From assembly GCF_004010195.1 (NCBI RefSeq), contig NC_057749.1, positions 16,308,524 through 16,372,523 on the forward strand: DNA of 64,000 bases, read 5' to 3'. Shown here piece by piece: positions 15,001-30,000 of the stretch. The position numbers and the translations under genes were made by a program. The stretch is from Chiloscyllium plagiosum (Eukaryota). Every line of letters begins with the position of its first letter. Positions within the stretch are counted from its first letter, which is position 1. Under the pieces are notes generated by a model. It ran no database searches and was not told where the DNA came from. It saw only the letters and a program-made list of their open reading frames with translations.

Positions 15001-18000
15001 CAACAACTGGAGAGAGTGAGCATAAGTGTCTGGAGAGGTGTGTGTGTCTGTGGAGGTGGTGGTACGCATTTGTCAAGTATTGGGAATAGGTCCGGGTGTC
15101 TTTTGGCTCTGTACATACTGAAGAGTTGGAGTGGATATTTAATAGCTTTCTTGGAAGCTAATTGTTTAGCTGCAGAAGAACCCGCCAAATTTGCTGACTT
15201 AAACAGTTCTTTTACAGTGGTCGAGACACAGCGGAATGCCAATCGGAATCAACTTCCCAGGCAATCCCTACATCAGGGATTCTGCAGGGTCCACACACAC
15301 AACTCCCACCTATGCTGCTGAAATGACTACAGGTCGTTCTGCTATAATGCATGTTTCGTTAATGTGAATTTGCTATAACACAATTAATGAAATAGGGACA
15401 CTGTTTCTAAAGCACGAACCTTTAAAGCAGATATTGGTTATAATGTGATTTTCTTATAACATGGGATTGCCTGAGAACGGAACTACCGTGTTATAGCAGA
15501 CTGACTGTACTTCCTGAAGAAGGGCTAATGCCCGAAACGTCGATTCTCCTATTCCCTAGATGCTGCCTGACCTGCTGCGCTTTTCCAGCAACACATTTCC
15601 ATCTCTGATCTCCAGCATCTGCAGACCTCACTTTCTCCTGACTGTACTCCTAGGTTATTTGAAAAAGTGGAGGGAGTTAGTGATAAGAATGTTAGCAAGA
15701 AGTGTCCTGGTGATAAAATTGCGGGTGGTGCATGCAAAAGAAAGGCTATAACACTGGAAGAGAAGCCAGATATTATAAAGCGTTTTGAGCGTAAGGACAG
15801 AATATATGATATAGCTCGCTTAACAGGAATGAGAGAGTGTACCTTACAATGATGATCCTCTGTCCCCGCATTAACAATATAAGTACTGTGTTCAATTTAC
15901 TTTCGTTTTGTTGGTAATATCATTTATACATTCATTCAGGCTGTGCTATACTTTGTGTTAGGCTTTTGGGTGATTTTTGAGCGATCATGAGTGATATTTT
16001 TTTGCTGGGCTGCCCCAAGCCCCACTTTTCCCATAGGCCCCATTATTTATATTAAGTGATTTTCTATTAAGCAAGGGTTCGCTGGAACACAACTATGGCA
16101 TTATAGGAGAATTACTTGTATCTGGCCATTGGAAAACCTGGACCATTATGTTTTATCATGTTTCTCAGCATCCCAAATGCTTCAAATACAAGTCATTTGA
16201 AACTTGGATAATTATTACCATATGGGAATCAGAATAGCCAGTTTGTGCATAGCAATATAACAAATAGAAATGTCTAAGAGGCTGCTGGAACTCTCTATGC
16301 TCCAAATAAAGGAAGGGCCTCGAAAGGAAGATGGAACTTCAATTTAATGTCTCACCTCTGATGACGCAGCATTTCTTCAGCAAATCAATAGTGCTTCAAT
16401 CCACATTTTGTACTCCAGTACCAAATAAGATTAAAGCCACAATATTTTCAATATTTTGACTCAGATGTGTGAATCCCACCAGCAGTTAATCACCTGTGGC
16501 ACAATTCTCTTATGTAACTCCAGGCTAGACTCTCGGGTACTTACGAAGACTCAATAATCGATGCTCTTGCTTTAAGTTCTTTAATTCCTGAGATACAAAA
16601 TCCTTCATCTGTTTAATGTCCATCCCTTGGCGTTTCTGCATGCAATAGTGAAAAGGAGTCACTCTCAGCCAGATCTGTAATACCTACAATGAAATAGCCC
16701 CTTATTCTTTGCTGATTTTCTCAACTCCTCTCCTGAAGATGCTGAATCTTGCTGTAGTAACTCACACCAAGACCAGTTTTCTGATCAACCCCCAAGCTCA
16801 TTCACCGATAGTAGATATGGAATTTCCTCTCTGTTTCTCACGCTTTAAGATACTCCTTAAAAACTGCCACTGTACATCCTATTCCCATTCTAATATCTCA
16901 GTGTCAAATCACATTTTGTAACTCTGTGATATATCTGGGGAAGGGGGAAATAAATATGTTGAGACATTACATAAATTAAAGTTGTTTTTGTGGGGTGCAG
17001 TTCTGTAGTAAAAACCCTCAGACACCTCTTTATTGTTCACAGGATGTTGGCATTACCCACAGGGGGAGCTTTTATTGCCCATCCATATTTGCCCTTAGGA
17101 TGGTAGTGGGAAGCTGCCTCCTTGATCTGCAGACAAATTGACCCTTCTTCAAGAGTGAACCTGAACTCAGGGTGTCAGCGAGTTTGGGATCTTGAATGGT
17201 ACCACTGCCGAGCTCGATTTTGTCCACAAATAACAGACTCTCGCAAGTGCATGAACCACAGAAGGTTAGTATGGATGTAGGGCAAGTAATCAGGAAAGAT
17301 AATAGAACTTTATGTTTTATTTTGACGGGAATGGCATGCAAGAGTAGAGAGGTTACACTTTAGTTATATAGGGCATTGGTGTGACCACATCGGAGTACAC
17401 TGGTCACTGTACTTATGGAAGGATGTTAAAGTGCTGGAAGTGGTTCAGAGAAGCTTTACAGGACTGAAACCTGGAATGAGCAGATTGCTTTATGAGGAAA
17501 GGACGCAGAGGCTAGGCCTGAATTCTCTGGAGTTTTGGAAGAGTCATGGGTGACTTAAGTGAAACATATAACATCCTGAGAGAACTTGACCGGGTGTATG
17601 TCAAAAGGATATTTCCTCTTGCGCAGGTGTCTCGATCTGAGACTTTATAGTTTAAAAATAAGGGCTCACCCATTTAAGACAGGTGAGGAAACATTTACTA
17701 TTTTTTTTCCTCAGAGGACTGAGTGTCTTTGGAATTTCCTCCCTGAGAAGACAATGAATGCAGAAGCTTTAAATATTCTTAAAGCAGAGGTAGATAGATT
17801 CTTGATGACCAAAGGGATGTGCAGGAATGTAGGGTTGAGGTTAAAATCAGATCAGCCACGATGTGATTGAATGGGAAAGCAGGCTTGAAGGGATGTGTGG
17901 CTTATTGTTATTCCGTGCACATCTGGACTGTGAGCCCTGTCTTGTTTTTCATCCTGCCTAACTCATGGCGCTGAACACTCCCCCAGTTATGAATAGGAAA

Positions 18001-21000
18001 GGCTAAAAATCTAGCTGCAATTGCCTGCTCTGCATCATTGACAGGACAGTGCTGCACTGACTGAGCCATCAATCAAACTTGGGATCTAGATTATTGGATC
18101 TGAACAAAGAAGAAATTAGGCAATTCACCCATGTAAACACAATGTACTTGTGCCAAATCTTTCTGTGCTCTCTTCCTGAAGGTGCTAACTCATGAGTTTA
18201 GTTAAAATAATTTAGCAGGGACACCACCAATTGTAATCTGTACAATATTTCTCAAAAGACAAAAGGTGCCTCTCACAGGATGGCATTACTATGATTGAAG
18301 AGCTATCTTTCATTGATACTCACATCATACTGTGTCTGAAGCCTTCTTGCTTTCTGACTTAAGAAACCGAATACATTGGAGAAATGCTCATTCCGAATCT
18401 CTTTGAAAACCTGTAAAAGTAGCAACATATAAACAATCAATTTACTTGCAACAGTTAAAAACACACAAGTAAACGCTGCTCAGCTTGATTGCTGAACCCC
18501 AACCTTAGGGTAACCAAAGGGTAATAGAGTTATTGAATAATTTGTCAAGGAGGCTGCTGAAGCAGAAAATATAAATAAACACACAGGATAATTTGAGAAG
18601 AGAAAAAAAAGAGAAAATTAATGAAAAGGAAAATTAATGGAAAGGAAAATTAATGGAAAGATTAACATAAATAAAGAATAGCTTTTAGCATCATAAGTAT
18701 GCCCAATCACAGATCTATACAATTCGGAATCAATTTAATTCCTCTTTGGAAATTTCATCTTAACTAGGGATTGCTACTTTAGGTGTCAGTGTAATGCTTG
18801 TGTCAATACAAACCTTCATAAACAGCTGATAAAAACATCATCACATCTGAAGCACTGACCCTGTCTGAACCTACCCCTCACAATCCCTCAGCCCCATGCA
18901 AACTCCTGTGGGAGAGAAATGCACAGAATAAATGTTCCACAGACACTGAGACATTTCCTGTCTGAAATGAGTGTTACTGGACAGAAGCATCACCCAAAAA
19001 CCCCATCTCCCCTCCATGCAATGTATGTCCAGAAAGAATATGTTCAGCTCCCTTCTCAAATACATAGTTGGCAACTTTTTCGAACAGTTGACTGCTCTTT
19101 TCCAAACCAGTCCCTCAATTAACACACATTATATCAATCAACCTAACAATCATCGGTTCAAAATGTGAAAATTATTGCCTGGGGATTTGTTTGTCGTTCA
19201 ACATACTGTGGTGTTCATCGACTTTCACACCATCAGCTCCCTTGGCTGGTATAAATACTTAGCCCGTTATCCGACAGACTTGCTTCTCTCTCTATGGATG
19301 CCACCAGCATATTTTGATAAGTATTCTGAGCATTTTCCACTTTGCTTCAAACTACCAGCTGCAGCAATACTTTCATAGAGTCATAAAGCATGGAAACAGA
19401 CCTTTCAATTCAACTAGTCCACACCAACCACATTCCCAAACTAAACTAATCCCACCTGTCTGTGCTTGGTCCATATCCTTCCAAACCTTTCCTAATTGTC
19501 CAGATGTCTTTTAAATGTTGTAACTGTATCTGCATCCACCACTTCCTCTAGCAGTTCATTTTACACATGAACCACTGTGTAAAACAAAATCGCTCCACAT
19601 GTCCTATTTAAAACTCTCATCGCTCCTTAAGAATATGTCGCTTAGTTTTGAACTTCCTCACTTTAGGGAAAAGACCCATGCTATTCACTTTATCTATACA
19701 CCTTATGATTTTATAAGGTCACCCCTGAACCTCGTAAACTCCAGTCTATCCTGCCTATTTTTATATCTCAAATCCGCGCCCCCCCCCCCCCATTGTGAAG
19801 AGTGCACTTGCTTTCTTATTCATTCATTTATTGCCCATCCCTAATTGCCCACAGACCAGTTAAGAACCAATCACATTGCTGTGGGTCTGGAGTTACATAT
19901 CGCCCAGACCATGTAAGGAAGGCAATTTCCTTCCCTAAAAGATATTAGTTGAGCTCGATGGATTTTTCCCAACAATCAACAGAGAGTTCATTATTAGACT
20001 CTTAATTCCAGACTTTTTTTAAAAAAATTGAAACGATTCTCCCCCTTTGGCCATGGCAAGATTTGAACTCAGGGCCTAAGATCTCTCTGGATCAATAGAG
20101 ATAATCGAACTAGGCTATCAACTCCTCTACATCATCTTGTGGGCTACAAGTTGCTGTTACAAACTGGAGAAGTGATTTAGGATTTGTTCTCATGAGGTAA
20201 CGGCACTAACATTAGTCATTGCTAAACACCTGCACTGACAACATTCAATCAGAACAAATTAACAGTACAAAACCATTACAAATTTGGCAGACTGCACCTT
20301 GCACATTTATAAACAATAAAGGAAGAATCTGGGAAGTGAGAAAAATGGGATTTTTTGCCACATTACTAAACAAAAAAAAAAGCAGCTCAGACTGTAAACA
20401 AATGATAAGAGACTCTGGAGATTGCGTCAGTTCGATTAATGACCTTTTTCACTGCTGAAAGGTTTTTCACTTTTGTACTCACCTTATCCTGAGAGTTCAG
20501 CAACACTTTCACACTTTTATTCAACGAAGTCACTTCTGAGCCAAAGTCCACACTTCCTGAAATTTACCAGATTCCACAGTTAATTCTCCAGAGAGGAGGC
20601 CAGTTATGTGCATCCACAGGCTGAAAATGAGGGACTGCATCAAGGACAATAATGAACTGTCCACCATCGTAACCAATCCAAAGGCCTAATAGTCTCACAC
20701 TCAGAAATCAATTACCTTCAATCACACATTCTTCTTGTATTCCTGTTCTCCAGAAAACACTGACGGAGCGATGATACGGTTTTCTCCACCTCAACAGAGT
20801 CCCAGTATGCTACCTGAGTGACCATTCTTAATCTTGTGTTGTATTAATATAGTAACGTAGGTCTTAGCAGCAGGGTTAGGCCACTTAACGTTTCAATCTT
20901 GCTCTATCATTCAATAAGATCATGATAGATTATAAGAAATTGCTGGCGAAATTCAGCAGATCTGACAGCGTCTCCGGCGAGAAAGAGATAACGTTTCGAG

Positions 21001-24000
21001 CTCATTGATCCTTCTTCAGAATGTTCCAATAAACCATTCTGGAGGAGGAGCTTTGGACTTGAAACATTAACTCTTTCTCTCCGCAGATCTTGAGAGACCT
21101 GACGTTCTCCAGTAATTTCTGCTTTTGTTTCATTAGCATTTCCAGCATCTGCAGTTTTGTTTTATGAAAGATATGAGTACTGTCTCAACTCCTCTTTCCT
21201 GCTTGCCGCTATAACCCTTGTCTACCAAAAGTCCATTAAACCCCGCCTTGAATAAAATCAATTACCCTGCCTTCAGTGCTTTCTTGGGAACAGAACTTCA
21301 CACATTTTAAAACTCATTGTGAAAAGAACTTCCATCTCCATCTTAAAAAGGGAGATTTTTAATACAGCAAACGTTTTATTAACTGACACCTATGGGACCA
21401 GAAGTGTGACAGCTGATCAAATATTCCAGTCAATCAAGAGGTCCACAATGCAAAAACACACCCAAAGTAATTAAAATATAATACAGGGGGTATACGTATT
21501 GCTGTTAGACTTTATTTACAGCACATAAATCACTTTAATAATGATGCAACTTTGCCTTCAATTAAACTTAACGGCAGACAGTCTTTTCATTCACACCCTC
21601 TGACTACTTGGACATTACGAAGATCTTCCAGTATTTGAGATATATAATTTTTGCCGCTAGTCGCAACTGCTGGTTCATTAGATGCCTGTTAAAACAAAGT
21701 TTGCTGTACTTAAAATGTACCCTCTAATTCGGGTCTCTACCACAAAAGGGAATGTCATGCCAACATTCATTCTACCAAGCTTTCACAGGATCATATGTGT
21801 TTCAATAAAATCACCACGGTAGTGTTAATAGCCTGTTCGACCATACTGGTTTGGTAGGTAATATTCTGACTTAAGTCAAATCTCATAGGTTCAAGTCCCG
21901 AAACAGATACTTCAGCACACAATATTCCCAATATTCCTTCTTTTTCAGCAGATCATTCCTTTTTCTCTAAAAGTATAAAACCCATCACATTTCCACCTCT
22001 CTTCAGTTCCAAAAAAGATTTATATTAAACTTGTAACCTTCACTCCGTTCCCCTCCCCACAGATGATGCTAGACCTACTGAGTTTCTGCAGCACTTTGTT
22101 TTTATAGCCTTTGTGATGAGGCATTAAACCATAGTTACAACTACCTTATAATGATGCAAAAGGCTGCACATCACTCTCACAAATCCCAGAAGTGAAGATC
22201 GCTATTTACCACTTCACTCCCACTCTGCCTGCCTTCAGCTCTAGTCAATTCTAAAAATACATTTGCTGTTAATACACCATCAATAAAAGCAATAAAGTGG
22301 AAACTCACCGCATTTTATTCTGAACACATCATCCACAAGTCCTTCATATACAACTTGAGAACACATGGGAGTCACATAATCCACATCTGCAAACAAAGCA
22401 AATGGATTCAAATTCAAAGTATAGTAAGGCTATAATAATCGATACATAACCCATTTACAGGTAGACCTACACCAGGAACTGTATTAATTCAGGTTCAACA
22501 GGTTAAAATGCTGACTTGTGATTCTTTTCATGTATAATGTGGGATTTGGGAGTCACTGGCTATAACAGCATTGTTTTCTATCTCCAAATGCCCTTGAGAA
22601 GGTAATGGTGAGCCACCTTTCTTGAACCACTGAAGAGCATGTGGTGCAGATACACTCTCAAGGTTGTGATGAAGGAAGTTCCAGAATTTTTACCCAATGA
22701 CAGAACTATAATGCTGTTGCCTTGCTAAGGCAGGATGATGTGTAGTTTGGAAAGAAACTTGCAGGTAGTGATGTTCCCATGTATCTGCTGTGCTTGTCCT
22801 AATATGTAGTACTTGAGAAAGGATGTACTGGTACTGGACGGGGTGCAGAGGAAGTTCACTAGGTTGATTCTGAATTCATTGGAATTCAGAAGATGAGGGA
22901 GAATCATATAGAAACATATAAAATTATGAAGGGAATACATAAGATAGAAGTAGAGAGGATGTTTCCAATGGCAGGTGAAGCTAGGACAAGAGAGTATAGC
23001 CTCAAGATTAGAGGGAGCAGACTGAATTGAGAAGGAACTTCTTCACCCAGAGGGTTGTTAATCTATGGAATGCCCTGCCCAGTGAAGTAGTTGACGTTAC
23101 TTCAGCAAATATTTTTAAAGCTAAGGTAGATGTTTTTTGAACAATAAAGAAATTAAGGGATACGATGAGAGCTCGGGTAAGTGGGGTTGAGTCCACAAGA
23201 AGATCACCCATGATCTACTGAATGGCAGAGCAGGCTCAAAGGGCTGGATGGTCTACTCCTACTCCTAGTTTTTATGTTCTTATTAGAGTGAAACAGAAAC
23301 AGAAATTTCTGGAAAAACTCAATTGGTGTGGCAGCCTCTATGGAGAGAAAGCAGAGTTAATGTTTTGGGTACAATGACCCTTCCTCAGAAGAAGCTGTAG
23401 AGTAAGTTTGAAAGGAGGTGCTTTGGCAAGTTGCTGCTGTGTATCTTGTGGATGGCAGACATGGCTGGTGTGAATGCTGGAGGTGGGAAGTGCCAGTCAA
23501 ATAGACTCATTTGTTTTCGATGAGCTTCTTGAGACATGTCAGAGATACACTCATCTAGGCAAGTGGGAAGTATTCAATCACACTCTTGACTTGCCCTCTG
23601 TAGAATCTTTGAAGAGTCAGGACGCGGGTTACTGATTGCAGGATTCCCAGCAACTGGCTTGTTCCTGAAGCCACGGTACGCGTATGGCTGATCCAGTTCA
23701 GTTTGTGGTCAATAGTAACCCCCAAAATATTGTGTACAGGAACCTGACAAGTCAGGGAATTAGAAATGTTCTGAGAAGCGCAAGTATATGCATCACAACT
23801 GTCCTTGGTGCCCCTTAGGACCAACATTTCCTGCACCTGATGATTATCCAGCAAATCATGCAGGGAAGTGAGAAGGTTATGCCCCTTGGGTTAAATGAAA
23901 AAAAGTGAAAGAACGCAAACAGCAACATAAAACTGTTGAGAAACAGTCGGTTTCCCTACTGCTCACTGTGTTATTGACTTATCACAGAATCCCAACCATG

Positions 24001-27000
24001 TGGAAGCAGGCCATTTGGCTCATTGAGTCCACACCATTGTTCGGAAGAGCATCCCATCCAGATTGTGACCCCCCCAACCCTATCCTGTAATCCTGCATTT
24101 CCCCATGGTTAATCTACATAGCATTCATATCCTGGACTCTATGGGCAATTTTGCTTGGCCAATCCACTTAAACTGCACATCTTTTGACTGTCGTAGAAAA
24201 CTGGAGCACCCAGAAGAAACCCATGCAGACACGGGGAGAATGTGCAAACTCCACACAGTCACCAGAGGCTGGAATCGAGCTGGCTCTCTGGCTTAGAGGC
24301 AACAATGCTAATCACTGTGTTTGAACAATGGCCGAATACTGAGTCTGCTGCACCTACAATGCTTTCTCACTACAGGCAGACAGCCTTCCTACCCTTATAC
24401 CCAAGCAACGTCCCTGAATAGATACCAGAGAGGAGCCAGTGGAACAGTATCTCAGCCATGGTCAGTGCCTGCTGTACAGGCAGGAAGATACATCGCTCAA
24501 ACAAGCTGCCCCAGGTTGACTGGACAATCATTGCTCCAATTTCAGGACTCTTTTCTGCATATTGCTGAGTTTTGTTATATTGCAGTACCTCGGTCGAGAA
24601 AGAAAACTCGACCAATCTCAGCCTGACGTGGTTTAATTTCATTCTCTGAATCCTCCACCATCTCCTTCCAGAGCTCATAGGTCATCTAATCCAGAGGGAA
24701 AAAGAGAGGGAAGAGATTAAAATAATCAGAAACCAAAACAGTAATTTTGCATGTTTGATAGTAATTTTGCATTCATCAAAATGGGGGAAGAATGTGCTGA
24801 GTGTGAAGTACTTCAGGGCAGATATATCACAAGGCTAAACAGAGCAAAGATCCCTCTACACTGTCTTATCAAACGCTTCCAGGACTGGCAAGTGTAGGAC
24901 TCTGAGGCCTATGCACAGCAGTGAATTCTGGAACCAGAATTCAATGCCATTGGCGGGGTGCTGACACCAATGACTGTGTGTGGAACATTGGAATGGTTTT
25001 GTGTGTGTACAGCCTAAGGGGAAAATGTTACAGCACTGGGTTAGACATAGAAGGAAGTTCCCTCTACAATGTGCCCATTAAACATTCTCAGGGGAGGTAT
25101 AGCATGGAATCAGATGGATGGTAAAGCTCCTTTTATACTGTTCCATCAATTACTCCAACGGTTAAGTAAATCGCAACTTGGATAGAGAAGTGTTCCTTTA
25201 TTTTATCCAAACAAGACTCAGTCAAAAGTTCAAAACAATATGCCATTTGGCCCTTTTGCACACAAGCCACTCAGAAATGTCTGTGGATGACTGAATTAAA
25301 GATGCTGAATACTGTGGACCTGAAAACACTAGGAAGCGGTCAGAGACCACATTCAAAGTGAATTCATGCAGCATCCTTATAAATTACAAGAGGAAAGTTT
25401 CCTTCCCAAAGTCTGAGATGGAGATACGGCCAATATCGCAAAAATAGAAGGTCTCACAGTCAACTTAACTCAGCGCCTTTACCTTTTTATAGTCTGTGCA
25501 GGAATAAAGCGCATTATCTGGACTTGCACTTTAGTCATAGTTCAATTCTCAAACCCTGCTACGTCTGTACATGTGTGGAGGGAAGAACACAACTCAAAAT
25601 TACATAGTGACCTTTCATCTCTGCAGCCTTGATTTCAAAGAAACACTGACTGATGGCTGTAACAATTCAATACGGAACGAGTTCACCGACACAAATGACA
25701 AGGTTCAGAAGATGAATAGGCTCGTGTAATTCTAACCAGCCACTTTCCACATCCTTTCTTCATTAGGAAACTAATGGTTCCACAGAGGTGATCAGATGAA
25801 TTGTCCAATTAATAATTCATTTTCATTTCATGTTCTATTACCTTCGCACATCTGCCAATTCCGTACGTCTTTATGAAAGGTCCAAACAGGGAGTACAACA
25901 AGTGTAGAGCCTTTGCCACCGTACAGATCCATCGATGGTCACCCTCCTGAGGGCAAACACATGGAAATATATGGTACTGGACCCCAGTTGCAACAGCCAT
26001 CTTAAAATGCAACCTTGAACTATGATATTACTTTCCTATCCCTCACTGCTTTCAGAATGTGGTGAAGCTCCTTGAACCATTGTATTTAATATCAGAGTGT
26101 CTAATGAGGCCAGTTTAGGGAACATGAGGGAAGAAAAAAAAAGTAACTTATAAATTGAGATGGAAGGTAGGAGAAGGCTTACATGGAACATAAAATCTTG
26201 ACAAATGGCAAGTTTCAGGCTGTAAATTCCAAGTTAGTGTAGATTGAGTGGCTCAATAACTTGGCACAGTGACTTTACCAACTGACCCACACACTTCATT
26301 ACATTTAGACAGATAGTTCAAAACCACTTCAAGACCTTATTTCCTCCCCTAAGAGGTTACTTAAACCCCAAACCCCCAAGTATTAAAGCTTTTTGTCACC
26401 TGTTCCGAGTCAGATTTTGTTTGATATTACTTCTGTAAAGTGGCTTGGCACATTCTGTGAAGCTAAAGGTGCGAATGTGGGAAAATATGACATTGTCGAT
26501 TTTGACAAGAACAAAAAGCAAATTGTCTAAATGGTGAGAGATTGCAGAGTTCTGAGGTGAAGAACGTGGGAGTCCTAGAGCATGAATGGCAAAACTTTGT
26601 ATACAGTGGGTACAGCAAGTCATTAGGTAAGTAATAGAATGTTATCATTCATTGCAAAGGGACTCGATTACAAAAATCGGGAGGTGATACTTCAGTTATA
26701 CAGGGTACTGGTGAGACCTCATCTGTAGTACCATGTACAGTATTGATCTCCTTACTGAAGAAAGGATGTTAATGTGTTGGAATCAATTCAGAGAAGGTTT
26801 ACCACACTAATATCTGGAATAGGCAGGTTGCCTTATTATGAAAGGTGACACAGGTTGGGTTTGTATCTATTGGAGTTTAGTGAGTAAGAGGAGATTTGAT
26901 TGAAATACATAGGGACCTTGAGAGGTCTTGACAGGAATGATGCGGATCAGATGCTTTCTCTTGTAGGAGAATCTAGGTTTAGGGGTGACTATTCAGAAAT

Positions 27001-30000
27001 CAGAGATCACTCATTTGAGAAAGGAGATGAGGTAATTGTGTTCTCATAGAGGGTTGAGGACTTTGGAATTCTTCCTGAGAAGACAGTGGAAGCTGAGTCT
27101 TTGTATATTTTTAAGGCAGAGGTAGAAAAATACTTGGTAAGCACAGGGATGAAAGGTTGTCAGGCATAAGTGAGAATACAAATGTGCTGCTACAATTAGT
27201 TCAAATCGAGCCAGCTCCAGAGGCTACTCCTGCTCCTCATTCCTACGTCAAGAAATGGAAATTGTTATCGAGGCAGATATTTGCTGGGAAGACCTGGAAG
27301 GCCCTCAGCATAAAGCCTATCACTTACCAAAAAATAGTCACGGAAAAACTCAGGCAACTCCATGCTGATGATGTCATCATCCAAAGGCAACAGGTAAAAG
27401 GCCCACTCATCAAAGGTTACGTCTGAAATTTCCCAACACAAAGCACAAAATTAAAGATGGTATGAATCAATTTAGTCATCTTCCTCCTTTCACAGCACCA
27501 AGCCCCTAACCCAGGGCTTTCATATTCTTTAACTTTAAACTGTTGTGTTACAATCAAGGAGTCAAAACCATGTGCAGTCATCGGGGGAAGTAAAACTGTG
27601 GGTGGCATATAATCAAATTGGGCCTGCAGATGTAATTCCATTTCCATTTTGAAGAAACACATTCGAACCTTACTTTACTTTTCATCATATTTGCCGTGGA
27701 ATTTACTATGTAAACTTGTCACACTGCACCTGCACCATTCCACCAGAAGTGATGCTGCGCTATAAATGTGGACATAGGAACTTACAATGGAAAAAGGCAA
27801 CAGGGAAACTTTACACCGTATCTAGATTAAACATCAGCCTTGGATCACTTTCTCCCAGGTCAAAGAGCTTACAGGTTCAACTGCACCCAGAAACTGAACA
27901 GATATGTCCAGACTAGTAATGAAGCAGTACTGCATTGTCAGAAAGTGATGTCTTTCATATGAAATGTTAAACTAAGGCCCCGCCTACCTGTATGGAGCCC
28001 CTTTTGAAGAAAGAGCTAAAAAGAGTTTCTCTCCAGTGCCTTGACCAAATTTTACATCTCAACCAACATTAAAAAAGGATTCTGGTCATTTATCTCATTG
28101 CTGTGCATGGATATTGCTGCATACACACTAGCTTCTAAATTTGCCTACATTGCAACATCTGGTATGCCCCAAAAATAACAAAAGGTGCAACGCAAATACA
28201 AGTTCTTTCCTTCCTTTCTTATTTTTCCACCCTGGAGAAAATGTAACTGTTGCCATGGCGTCTGTCTTTGTAACCAAATGAACCAAGCTCAGGAGCTTCC
28301 AAACTTTGTCTCCTTGAGTTGGCTTTTTGAAAGCCATGTTAATACTTGCATTTGTGTGGCAATTGATCACAAAGCTGAAGAATACATTTTGAAGCAAGCA
28401 GCACAATCTCAAACATCTAGGAGATGCATAATCATATATTCATTATTGAGTTTTCTTTGGGTGGTTTTGAATAAAGGTGCAATGTTGATTGGAGCATTAG
28501 GAAAATTTCTTGCTCTTCTTCCAGCACCACCATTTGTACTTGTAAAGCAGAATCACAGGAATAGTCAAACTAGGTGGCACTTTAATATCTTCTAAGAAAA
28601 AAAACAGCAGCTCAGTCCTCCCTCAATATTGCACTGGAGAGTCAGCTTAGAGTTCAAAGAGCTTGACCCCAACAATTCTACATCAGATTTCTAACATACA
28701 AAGTAGGCTGAGAAATTGCTTACCTCCAAAGATCCCCTCCTCCTCAAGCACAGTCTCACACATGAAGAACTGGAAAAAAAAGTGGAAAGATTTAACAGGG
28801 ACTTCAGAGGCAACGTTTTCACACATAGGATGGTGAATGTGTGGAATGTGCTGCCAAAGGAAGTGGTAGAGGCTGGTACAATTACAACATTTAAAAGGTT
28901 TCTGGATGGGTACACGAATAGGAAGGGCTTCGAGAGATGTGGGCCAAATGCTGACAAATGGACTAGATCAGGTTAGAATATTTGATTGGCATGGACGAGT
29001 TGGATGAAGAGTCTGATTCCATGATGTGTAACTCTATGAGATTATAACACACAGGAATATGGGAATTTGGACTCAGGAACAGGAGTCAATATGGTTTTGT
29101 GAAAGGGAAACCATGTTTAACCAATTTATTGTAATCCTTTGAAGAAGTAGCATGTGCCATGGATAAATGGGAAATCAATGGATCCATTATACTGTATTTG
29201 AATATCCAGAAGGCTTTTGATACAAAGCCAGAAAGGTCACTACACAATATAAATGCTCAAGATGTAAAAACTTATAAAAGCTTATTTAGGGGGCCTCAAA
29301 ACTACAAGTGATTTTTTACCTTTTACTACTTCTTATCTCTACTTTAACTGACTCTGTGTTTTGATTTTTCAAGTTAATTTCTCAGGTCTGAACCAATGCT
29401 ATTTTTAATTAACAGCGTCACTCTGCTTCCTTTTCATTGCTTCCTGTCATGCAATTATGTCAAATCCCCTGCCACACTGAAGTCCTAGCCTTTGTGATCT
29501 TTCAACCATGATTCTGTGATGCCAATTAGGTTATGTATACTTAGTTCATACGCATTTATTCCCATCTCCACATTAACACACACTCAGCTCTGACATTCAA
29601 ACATACCAGCTTCACATTCTAACATGGTTTCTAATACAGTAACATGGATTTCAGTGGTAAGGCCAGTGTTTATTACTAATCCCAGACTCCAGGACCTGCT
29701 GATTGTCCATCACAGTATTCCAAACCTATAAATTAAGAAGCTAGCCTAAAGACAACTACATAACCACAGCTGATTGTTGTAAAAACCAACTGGTTCACTA
29801 ATGCCTTCAGGGAGGGAAATCTGACATCTTTACCCAATCTTGCCTACTTAAGACTCCAGACCAACAGCAATGTGGCTGAATTGTAACTATCCTTGAGGTA
29901 ATTAGGGATGGGCATTAAATGCTGGCCAAGTCAGCAACACTTACATCTAGTGATTGAATATAAATAAAAATAAAAAGCATGAACCAAAGCAACTTTCTCT

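Noticed and set aside
14788-15321. Three overlapping ORFs of 93-120 aa
   Set aside because: Intronic, no recognisable domain or splice support; probably repeat-derived
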